Below, piece after piece: positions 58,501 to 64,000 of a stretch of 64,000 bases of DNA (positions within the stretch are counted from its first letter, which is position 1; every line of letters begins with the position of its first letter). Below the pieces are notes generated by a model. It saw nothing but the letters and a program-made list of their open reading frames with translations, did not search any database and had not been told where the DNA came from. Source of the stretch: an uncultured Holophagales bacterium (GTDB taxonomy: Bacteria; Acidobacteriota; Thermoanaerobaculia; Multivoradales; UBA5704); assembly GCA_963842525.1 (NCBI GenBank), contig CAWJGT010000003.1:480001-544000 (forward strand), written 5' to 3'. The position numbers were made by a program, and so were the translations under genes.

Positions 58501-61500
58501 CCTTCTCCCGCGGCCTCCCGTCGCCTCTGCCCGAGCTTCCGATCCAATACGCCGACTTCGCACGCTGGCAGCGCCACTGGCTCGCGGGAGACGTGCTGGA
58601 GAACGAGCTCGGCTACTGGCGCGAGCGGCTGCGCGGCTTGCCGCCGCTGCTGGAGCTGTCCACGGACCGGCCGCGTCCGGCGGTCCAGACGTTCGCCGGC
58701 AGGAGCCGGTCCTTCGACCTGGGCGAGGGGCTGCTCGGCAGGGTCCTGGACCTTTCGCGCCGCCAGAGGGCGACGCTGTTCATGACTCTTCTCGCGGCGT
58801 TCCAGGCCCTGCTCTCCCGTCACACGGGCCAGGACGACCTGGTGGTGGGCACGCCCATCGCGGGCCGCAACCAGCTCCAGACGGAGGGGCTCATCGGGTT
58901 CTTCGTCAATACGCTGATGCTGCGGGCCGATCTGGCGGGCGACCCCCGGTTCGCCGATCTGGTGGGCCGCGCCCGGGAGGCCGCCCTCGGCGCCTATGCG
59001 CACCAGGAGCTGCCGTTCGAGAAGCTGGTGGAGGAGCTGCGGCCGGAGCGCAGCCTCGGCCACTCGCCGCTGTTCCAGGTGATGTTCGGCATGCAGAACA
59101 CGCCGGCGGAGGCGCTGGTCCTGCCAGGCCTCGCGGTCAGCATGCCGCGGACCGAGGACGAGACCGCGAAGTTCGACCTGAGCCTCTTCCTCGGCGAGGC
59201 GGCAGGGCGGTTGGCGGCCTCCTTCAACTACAACACCGACCTGTTCAACGGCGTCACCATCGAGCGCCTGTGGAACGGTTTCGGGCGGCTGCTGACGGCC
59301 GCGGTCGAGGCCCCCGAACGGCGGGTCTCGGAGCTGCCCCTGCTCGGCGAGGCGGAGCGTCATGAGCTGCTGGTGGAATGGAACGATACCGGCTCTCCTT
59401 ATCCCGCCTCGGCGAGCCTGCAGGAGCTGTTCGAGGCCCAGGTCCGTAGCACCCCGGATGCCCCCGCCCTGCTGTTCGCGACGAGCGCCGGCGAGAGCAC
59501 GACCTCGTATGGCGAGCTGAGCCACCGCGCGAACCGCCTGGCGCACCGCCTGCGCGGCCTCGGCGTCGGGCCGGAGAGCCGCGTCGGCCTCTGCTTCGAG
59601 CGGTCGCCGGAGATGGTGATCGCGCTGCTGGGGATCCTCAAGGCGGGCGGCGCCTACGTCCCTCTTGATCCGGACTACCCGGGCGAGCGTCTGGCCTTCA
59701 TGATGGAGGACTCCGGGCTGCGCTGGCTGATCGGGGACGAGCAGACGGTGACTCGTCTCCCTCACCGCCTGATGGACGGGATGGAGCTGATCCTTCTCAA
59801 GGGCTCCTCCAGCGATGTCCTCGCTTTTTCCGCGAACAATCCGCCGGTGACGACCGCCGGCAGCAGCCTGGCCTACGTGATGTACACCTCGGGCTCCAGC
59901 GGCCGGCCGAAAGGAGTGGGTGTGCCCCACCGGGCCGTGGTGCGGCTGGTCCACAAGACCGGCTATGCCGACTTCGGACCCGGCCAGGTCTTTCTGCAGC
60001 TCGCGCCCATCTCATTCGACGCCTCGACGCTGGAGATCTGGGGAGCTCTCTTGCACGGCTCTCCGCTGGCGCTCATGCCCGCCCATGCCTTCTCGCTGGA
60101 AGAGCTGGGACGGGCCCTCGAGCGGTATCGTGTCACGACCCTCTGGTTGACCGCAGGGTTGTTCCACCAGCTCGTCGAGCACAATCTCGAGCTCCTCCGG
60201 CCCGTGCGGCAGCTCCTCGCCGGTGGCGAGGCGCTCTCGGCGCCCCATGTGCGGAGAGTGCTCTCCGAGCTGCCGGATACCCGTCTGATCAACGGCTACG
60301 GCCCGACCGAGAACACCACCTTCACCTGCTGTTACCCCATGCAGGGGCCGGAGCGCATCGGCTCCTCCGTGCCGCTCGGGTGGCCGATCGCCAACACCCA
60401 GGTCCAGATGCTGGACCCTCATGGCCAGCACGTCCCGATCGGGGTCGCGGGCGAGCTCTGTACCGGCGGCGCCGGGCTGGCGCGCGGCTACCTGGGCCGG
60501 CCCGATCTCACTGCCGAGCGGTTCATCCCGAACCCCTTTGGAGAGCAGGGAGGACGCCTGTACAGGACCGGTGACCGCGCGCGCTCCCTGCCGGGCGGCG
60601 AGATCGAGCTCCTGGGGCGCATCGACCAGCAGGTCAAGATCCGCGGCTTCCGCATCGAGCCGGGAGAGATCGAGTCCCTCCTGGCGGAGCACCCGGAAGT
60701 GAGGGCGGCGGCGGTCGTCGTCCGGGAGGATCTGCCCGGCGGGAGAGGGCTCGTGGCCTATGTGGCTCCCGCAGCAGGCGCCGCTCCCGAGGCCGCGGCT
60801 CTGCGTTCCTTCCTGCGGACCCGGCTGCCGGAGCACATGGTGCCGACCCACGTGGCCTTCCTGGAGGGCCTGCCGTTGACCCCCAACGGCAAGGTGGACC
60901 GCCGGGCGCTGGCCCAGGCGGCTCCGGCGCCGGGCCTCGGCTCCGAGGCTCCCGCCGTGGCCCCACGGAGTCCCATCGAAGAGCTGCTGGCGGGGATCTT
61001 CGCCGAGTTGCTCCGCGCGGAGCGGGTGGATGTGGAGGAGAGCTTCTTCGACCTGGGCGGGCATTCGCTGCTCGCCACGCAGCTCGTCTCCCGCGTGAGG
61101 GACGTCCTGGGCGTGGAGATCGCGGTCCGGGGCGTCTTCGAGACGCCGACCGTGACGGGTCTCGCCGCGGCGGTGGAGCGGGCGCGGCTGGCGGGGGAGG
61201 AGACACGGATGCCGCCGATCACGCCGGCTCCGCGGGACGCGGACCTGCCGCTCTCCTTCGCCCAGCAGAGGCTCTGGTTCCTCGACCGGATGGCGCCGGG
61301 CAGCGCGGCCTACAACGTCCCGACGGCTGTCCGTCTGGAAGGGCCGCTCGACACCGCGGCCCTGGCGGCGAGCCTTGCCGAGGTGGTGCGGCGGCACGAG
61401 GCGCTGCGGACCACGTTCGCCGCGGTGGCCGGCGAGGCCGTCCAGGTGGTGGCCGCCGGCGCCGCGGTCCGCCTGGCCGTGGTCGACCTCTCCGGATCGC

Positions 61501-62288
61501 CGGGAGCGAAGGAGGACGAGGTCCGGCGCCTGGCCCGCGAGGAGGCGCGGCGGCCCTTCGACCTCTCCCGCGGCCCCCTGCTGCGGGCGACCCTGGTGAC
61601 GCTCGGCCGCGAGGAGCACGTTCTCCTCCTGACCCTGCACCACATCGCCGGCGACGCCTGGTCGATGGAGGTGCTGGTCCGGGAGCTGACCACGCTCTAT
61701 GCGGCGTTCTCCCAGGGCAGGCCCTCGCCCCTGCCGGAAGCTCGCGGTCCAGTACGCCGACTTCGCGTGCTGGCAGCGGCGCTGGCTCACGGGGGAGGTG
61801 CTGGCCGCCGAGATCAGCTACTGGCGGGAGGGGCTACGGGGGCTGCCGCCGAGCCTGGACCTGCCCGCGGACAGGCCGCGGCCGGTTGTCCAGAGCTTCG
61901 CGGGAGCGGGCTGCCCGTTCCGCCTGCCGGAGGAGGTGGTGGAGGGGCTCCGGGTGCTCGCCCGCAGCCGGGGAGTGACGCCGTTCATGGCGCTGCTCGC
62001 CGGGTTCCAGACCCTGCTCGCGCGCTGCTCCGGCCAGGACGACCTCGCCGTGGGCACGCCGATCGCCGGCCGCAACCACGTCCAGACCGAGGGGCTGATC
62101 GGCTTCTTCGCCAACACCCTGGTGCTGCGCACCGGCTTCGGCGGCAGACCGACCACCGTCGACCTCCTGCGCCAGGTGCGCGCGACCACGCTCTCGGCCT
62201 ACGACCATCAGGACCTGCCGTTCGAAAAGCTGGTCGAGGCCCTGAACCCGGCACGCGACCTCGAGCCGCTCCCCGCTGTTCCAGGTGA
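49170..62288 (+). CDS. NRPS4 segment b: end of A, T-C-A(Cys-like)-T-E-C(DCL)-A(Ser)-T-C-A(Val)-T-C; true frame ~49425-61738
   Basis: Codes DLYDFSLVWK (Cys-like), DVWHISLVDK (Ser), DALWLGGTFK (Val). T motifs GGHSLMA, GGDSILS, GGHSLLA x2. E-domain and DCL motifs present. Confidence 0.93.
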   Translation: MGAACGGSSVAARPCPPRLWNVPSPCWRPSSATSTARPRRRSMRPSCPAGRSGARASCRSAVRSTTSGSASWTPASGSCPRVCREKLCIGGTGLARGYLFRADLTAERFVPDPWAPGERLYRTGDLARLGPDGTLEFLGRIDGQVKIRGFRIELGEIEAVLSRHPAVREVVVVAREDAPGDRRLVAYVACRREDQAGAGELRAFLTLTLPEFMVPAAFVLLPSLPRLPNGKLDRRGLPEPERAPAGRKGAVAVPRTPVEELIAGLWAELLGMDGIGVDDNFFELGGHSLMATQLTSRIRELFRVELKVRVVFEAPTMAGLAERIAAAQRDERETPEAPSIQPVPREGSLPLSFAQQRLWVLDQIAPGSAAYNLPVAVRLEGLLNAAALAASLAEIVRRHEALRTVFAAAGGEPVQVVRPADAFFLPAVDLSGLGERAEEEARSLALADAHRPFDLEQGPLFRPTLLHLAPQTHVALATMHHTVSDGWSRGVLIQELTSLYAAFGRGEAPSLPALPVQYGDYAVWQRRWLSGDVLAAEIDYWRRHLAGMPARLELPTDHPRPALRTDAGSTRSLVLGAELTASLHGLARGEGATLFMVLLAGFQTLLSRYAGQEDLAVGTPIAGRNRMEIEHLIGFFVNTLVLRAQIPGSSSLRDLLRRTRAETLEAYAHQDVPFEKLVEELAPERSLSYSPLFQVLFSLQNAPVRALELPGLSLTPLRLEGATAKFDLTFILGETAQGLAGALEYSTDLFEGPTVDRLLAHFRSLLTAMTADPGARLAELPLLSPAERHQIVTDWNDTRAPFAAGACLHDLFEAQVAQAPGATAAVCAELVLTYAQLNGRANQLAHHLVSCGARRGSLVAIYLERSPEMLVAVLGVLKAGAAYVPLDSAWPESRIAWILSTLGIRQILTQGSRLAAVQSFCSETELADVVCLDEVATEQVKGLRIQDRSHLDRLSTENPDRRADADDLAYVIFTSGTTGTPKGVMVCHRPVINLIEWVNRSFAAGPSDRLLFLTSLCFDLSVYDIFGILAAGGSVRVATGAEVRDPRQLLDILLREPITFWDSAPAALQQLVPFLPARPEPGSGDLRLVFLSGDWAPVTLPDRIRQAFPKARLISLGGATEATVWSNFHPIAVVEPGWVSIPYGRPIQNARYHILDSELAPAPVGVPGDLYIGGDCLFSGYAQEPRLTSGKLIPDPFGETGARLYRTGDRARYWPDGTMEFLGRLDHQVKIRGFRIELGEIEATLAQHPAVSAVAVLAREDRPGDKRLVAYVVARPDQPLGAGDLRAFLQEVLPAYMVPAAFVFLSSLPVTSNGKLDRRALPAPELQRSAPEAAPVAPRTPAEEILAAVWIEVLGVDEVGVADNFFELGGDSILSIQVVSRASRRGLRLTPRDMFEHPTIEGLAAVARRGSDSRDEVGPVTGPVPLTPIQLWFFAQQLPHAEHFNQALLLEMRDPDGGAVQSSLLRRAILLLQAHHDALRLRFEPPSPERPFWTQVSGEVPAAASFLHIDLAALPAELRAKALEACAAELQESLILGVAPLLRAALFTAASGQPDRLLLILHHLVVDGVSWRILLEDLEAAYRQLGRGEEADLPPRTAPFLLWAQRLAEHARTPAVQEEASYWQTRLRRAPSPLPVDLDAGPDDVGSTRSVEVSLDAEGTRALLQEVPRVYRTRINDVLLTALAAAFAGWTGSRRLLVDLEGHGREELFENLDISRTVGWFTTLFPVLLDLDGAAEPGQALKSIKEQLRAVPDGGIGFGLLAREPDALPRAQVVFNYLGQLDQAVAADRLFRPTRERSGATRHPAQPRSHLLEIGGSVSGGRLCMVWGYSGNRHLRSTIEELARGFLGALRAQIAHCLAAIERGELGSTPSDFPLAGIDAAGLDRIAAAAGGSIEDLYPASPVQEGMLFHSLHAPESGVYLEQLSLALGGDLHVAAFERAWELLVQRHPILRTAFHWQGLDRPLQVAVPRVPLAWDRRDWRGLPAEEQRGRLASFLEEDRRRGFDLASPPLLRLALIRLSNDAYRFVWSHHHILLDGWSLPILLRDLFAFYQASLRGEEARLGHARPYRDYIAWLERQDLGEAAGFWRRTLQGFAAPTPLGGERIAGPPDWAHQGTHQTALPSAATEALRAFARQHQVTLNSLVQGAWALLLGRYSGETDVVFGAVTSGRSVPLDGIEGIVGLFINTLPARIGVAPEAELLPWLREIQDRQAELRQYEFSPLSQVQGWSEVPRGLPLFESILAFENYPVDQSVHEQAGRGLRISEAEGREQTNYPLTLVAGPGSRLGLRVLHDARRFDAPYIGRMLRHLENLLTSMANDAAPRLGALAMLAGSERHQLVVDWNDTAVRYPGTELLHHRIQAQTARTPDAVAVNCEGASLSYSALVTRARRLAGHLRRLGVGADVPVGICMGRSLDMVVGLLAILEAGGAYVPLDPSYPAERLAFMLEDALAAGAPVLAQSHAAERIEPLLPPGVRLVLPEAGEATIGLPEEPEALSPDHLAYVIYTSGSTGKPKGAMNTHRAIVNRLLWMQETYRLTASDAVLQKTPMSFDVSVWEFFWPLMVGARLVLARPEGHKDPSYLAGLIEEQEVTTLHFVPSLLQIFLTEEGPERCRSLRRVIASGEALPGELRRRFFDRLRPVELHNLYGPTEAAVDVTFHACNPGENGPTVPIGRPVANAGIHLLDRDLQPVPIGVAGELHIAGVALGRGYLGRPGLTAERFVPDPFAAHPGDRLYRTGDLARRRPDGEVEYLGRVDHQVKIRGVRIELGEIEALLARHPGVREAVVLAREDQPGEPRLAAYVVPRGEGAAPEDLRRFLGAHLPEAMIPASVTFLEALRLLPNGKVDRKALPAPERAAPAGFQAPRTPVEEMLAGIFCELLRVERVGAEDGFFELGGHSLLAMQLVSRIRGAFDVEVPVRVVFDAPAVRDLADRVEQAMRAAEGGLLPAIAPQVRGGEAPLSFAQQRLWFLDQLDAGSAAYNLPLVLRLEGALDAAALAASFQEIARRHDTLRTTFILAGGEVVQSIAPQGPFPLPAVDLSGLAGPRRGFEARRLVREELRRPFDLWRGPLLRAALLALAAEDHLVLLNMHHISSDGWSMGVLVRELGALYGAFSRGLPSPLPELPIQYADFARWQRHWLAGDVLENELGYWRERLRGLPPLLELSTDRPRPAVQTFAGRSRSFDLGEGLLGRVLDLSRRQRATLFMTLLAAFQALLSRHTGQDDLVVGTPIAGRNQLQTEGLIGFFVNTLMLRADLAGDPRFADLVGRAREAALGAYAHQELPFEKLVEELRPERSLGHSPLFQVMFGMQNTPAEALVLPGLAVSMPRTEDETAKFDLSLFLGEAAGRLAASFNYNTDLFNGVTIERLWNGFGRLLTAAVEAPERRVSELPLLGEAERHELLVEWNDTGSPYPASASLQELFEAQVRSTPDAPALLFATSAGESTTSYGELSHRANRLAHRLRGLGVGPESRVGLCFERSPEMVIALLGILKAGGAYVPLDPDYPGERLAFMMEDSGLRWLIGDEQTVTRLPHRLMDGMELILLKGSSSDVLAFSANNPPVTTAGSSLAYVMYTSGSSGRPKGVGVPHRAVVRLVHKTGYADFGPGQVFLQLAPISFDASTLEIWGALLHGSPLALMPAHAFSLEELGRALERYRVTTLWLTAGLFHQLVEHNLELLRPVRQLLAGGEALSAPHVRRVLSELPDTRLINGYGPTENTTFTCCYPMQGPERIGSSVPLGWPIANTQVQMLDPHGQHVPIGVAGELCTGGAGLARGYLGRPDLTAERFIPNPFGEQGGRLYRTGDRARSLPGGEIELLGRIDQQVKIRGFRIEPGEIESLLAEHPEVRAAAVVVREDLPGGRGLVAYVAPAAGAAPEAAALRSFLRTRLPEHMVPTHVAFLEGLPLTPNGKVDRRALAQAAPAPGLGSEAPAVAPRSPIEELLAGIFAELLRAERVDVEESFFDLGGHSLLATQLVSRVRDVLGVEIAVRGVFETPTVTGLAAAVERARLAGEETRMPPITPAPRDADLPLSFAQQRLWFLDRMAPGSAAYNVPTAVRLEGPLDTAALAASLAEVVRRHEALRTTFAAVAGEAVQVVAAGAAVRLAVVDLSGSPGAKEDEVRRLAREEARRPFDLSRGPLLRATLVTLGREEHVLLLTLHHIAGDAWSMEVLVRELTTLYAAFSQGRPSPLPEARGPVRRLRVLAAALAHGGGAGRRDQLLAGGATGAAAEPGPARGQAAAGCPELRGSGLPVPPAGGGGGGAPGARPQPGSDAVHGAARRVPDPARALLRPGRPRRGHADRRPQPRPDRGADRLLRQHPGAAHRLRRQTDHRRPPAPGARDHALGLRPSGPAVRKAGRGPEPGTRPRAAPRCSR
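53430..54797 (+). other. Epimerization (E) domain within NRPS4
   Basis: PLTPIQxWF, HHLVVDGVSWRILLEDL, LEGHGRE, SRTVGWFT, PDGGIGFG, FNYLGQ, TPSDFPLA; preceded by a GGDSI-type T and followed by a DCL-type C (YPASPVQEGMLFH, HHILLDGWS). Confidence 0.93.
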
Positions 62289-62589
62289 TGCTCGCGCTGC
62301 AGAACGTCCCGGCCGCGGGGGCGGCTCTCCCCGGCTTCCGGCTGAGCCCGCTCAGCGTCCGCCGCGAGATGGCGAAGTTCAACCTGACCCTGGAGATGGC
62401 GGAAGGCGGCCACGGCATGGCCGGCACGATCGAGTACAACCGCGACCTGTTCAACCGCTCGACGGTCCTGCGCCTGCTGGCCCATTTCGAAAGGCTCCTG
62501 GAGGGGATGGCGGCCGTGCCGGAGATGGCGGTCGGCGAGCTGCCCCTGCTCAGCGAACGCGAGCAGGCCCAGCTCCTGGAATGGAATGA
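61699..62589 (+). CDS. NRPS4 segment c: middle of a C domain between two frameshifts (~61738-62262)
   Basis: QYADFACWQR, LPADRPRP, IGFFANTLVLR, HQDLPFEKLVE. Confidence 0.8.
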   Translation: MRRSPRAGPRPCRKLAVQYADFACWQRRWLTGEVLAAEISYWREGLRGLPPSLDLPADRPRPVVQSFAGAGCPFRLPEEVVEGLRVLARSRGVTPFMALLAGFQTLLARCSGQDDLAVGTPIAGRNHVQTEGLIGFFANTLVLRTGFGGRPTTVDLLRQVRATTLSAYDHQDLPFEKLVEALNPARDLEPLPAVPGDARAAERPGRGGGSPRLPAEPAQRPPRDGEVQPDPGDGGRRPRHGRHDRVQPRPVQPLDGPAPAGPFRKAPGGDGGRAGDGGRRAAPAQRTRAGPAPGME

Positions 62590-64000
62590 CACGGCGCGGA
62601 CGGCGCGGGAGGTCCCGCCGGATGCGACGCTCCACGGCCTCTTCGCCGAGCAGGCGAGGCGTTCTCCGTCCGCCCTGGCGGTCGTCTTCGGCCGCGAGGT
62701 GATGACCTACGGCGAGCTCGACGACCGCGCCAACCGCGTAGCCCGTCATCTCGGCGAGCTTGGGGTCGGACCCGAAGCGCGGGTGGGCATCGCGATGGAA
62801 CGCTCGCTCGAGCTCGTCGTGGCTCTGCTCGCCACTCTGAAGGCCGGAGCCGCGTACGTGCCTCTCGATCTCTCCTATCCCGCGGAGCGGCTGGCCGCCA
62901 TGGCCGAGGATGCCTTCGGCGGGCTCGAGCGGCCTGTGCTGCTGGTGCAGTCCGCGCCGGCCGCCCTGCCGGCGGCGCTCCGCGCGCAAGGTGTGCAGGT
63001 GGTCTCCATCGACGACATCCCCGAGCCCGCCGGCGGCAGCAGGGATGACGATCCGGCCGGGGCCGCCAGTCCGGACGGCCTGGCCTACGTGATCTTCACC
63101 TCCGGGACGACCGGCCGGCCCAAGGGTGCGATGAACACCCACCGAGCCATCGGCAACCGCCTGCTGTGGATGCAGGATTCCTACAACCTCGGAGCCGGCG
63201 ACCGCATCCTCCAGAAGACGCCCTTCAGCTTCGACGTCTCGGTGTGGGAATTCTTCTGGCCCCTGCTCACCGGCGCCCGCCTGGTGCTCGCGCTGCCGGG
63301 CGGCCATCACGACCCGTCCTACCTGGCGCGCCTGATCGCCGAGGAGGGGGTGACGACGGTGCACTTCGTGCCCTCGATGCTCCGGCTCTTCCTGGAGGAG
63401 CCCGCCGTCGCATCCCTCGCCAGCCTGCGCCGGGTGATCGCGAGCGGCGAGGCCCTGCCGGCCGACCTCGCGGCCCGGTTCCATGCCCGCATGCCGGAAA
63501 AAACCGAGCTGCACAACCTCTATGGTCCGACGGAGGCGGCAGTCGATGTCACCTCCTGGCCGTGCGGGCACGGCGATGCGCGGACCTCCATCCCGATCGG
63601 CCGGCCCGTCGCGAACACCCGCATCCACCTCCTCGACCGCGGCTGCCTGCCGGTGCCGGCCGGAGTTGCCGGGGAAGCTCTATATCGCCGGCGTCCAGGT
63701 CGGACGCGGGTACCTCAACCGCCCGGGGCTGACTGCGGAGCGGTTCGTCCCCGATCCCTGGCCGGGCACGTCGCCGGGAAGCCGCCTCTATCGGACGGGC
63801 GACCTGGCTCGCCGGCTGTCCGACGGCACCCTGGAATACCTGGGGCGGATCGACCATCAGGTCAAGGTCCGCGGCCACCGGATCGAGCCGGCGGAGGTCG
63901 AGGCGGCCCTGCTGCGGCATCCCGGCCTTCGGGAGGCCGCGGTCGTGGCGCGCACCCGGGGTGGTGAGACCTCTCTGGCCGCCTATGTGGTCGCCGCGGA
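62285..64000 (+). CDS. NRPS4 segment d (3'-partial): end of C and A(Ser); frameshift at ~63675, runs off the window
   Basis: AKFNL, FTSGTTGRPKG, code DVWHISLVDK. After removing the extra A at ~63675 the frame continues GELYIAGVQVGRGY...LYRTGDL...QVKVRGHRIE to the window end. Confidence 0.88.

Noticed and set aside
56301-59954. Long minus-strand ORFs (also 13755-17096, 17748-20027, 22983-26003, 46622-49444 and others)
   Set aside because: Antisense shadows of GC-rich coding DNA; no recognisable motifs, and they recur with the NRPS repeats.

Overview
The whole window is the interior of one very large, GC-rich, plus-strand nonribosomal peptide synthetase (NRPS) cluster; neither its start nor a terminal TE/R domain is inside the window. 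After repairing nine frameshifts (eight of them at or reconstructing to the palindrome GAGCTC, so probably sequencing errors) there are four NRPS genes (NRPS1 <2..24407, NRPS2 26087..~36500, NRPS3 36591..47024, NRPS4 47042..>64000) and one cobalamin-dependent radical SAM gene resembling the PhpK family (24432..26063). There are 17 complete and 2 partial modules. A-domain codes read by hand predict (Pro)-Val-X-Pro-Ala-X-Pro-Val | Asn-Ile-(Lys/Arg-type) | Asn-Ile-X | Gln-D-(Cys-like)-Ser-Val-Ser..., where X is the unassigned code DFWHLGQIDK. Every gene junction splits a module. The upstream protein ends in a complete C domain and the downstream protein begins with a non-catalytic C-like domain: a half-C ahead of each Asn A domain (twice, the first directly after the radical SAM gene) and an interface-type domain (LPALCAD) ahead of a Gln A domain. 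The best candidate for a new system is on-assembly-line tailoring, such as B12-radical SAM methylation of carrier-bound Asn, organised through these domains. The cluster also records its own growth: a 9.5-kb three-module repeat, a 10.5-kb gene duplication with a visible junction scar, module swaps and a conversion tract. Substrate calls and family assignments come from motif reading only; no searches were run.
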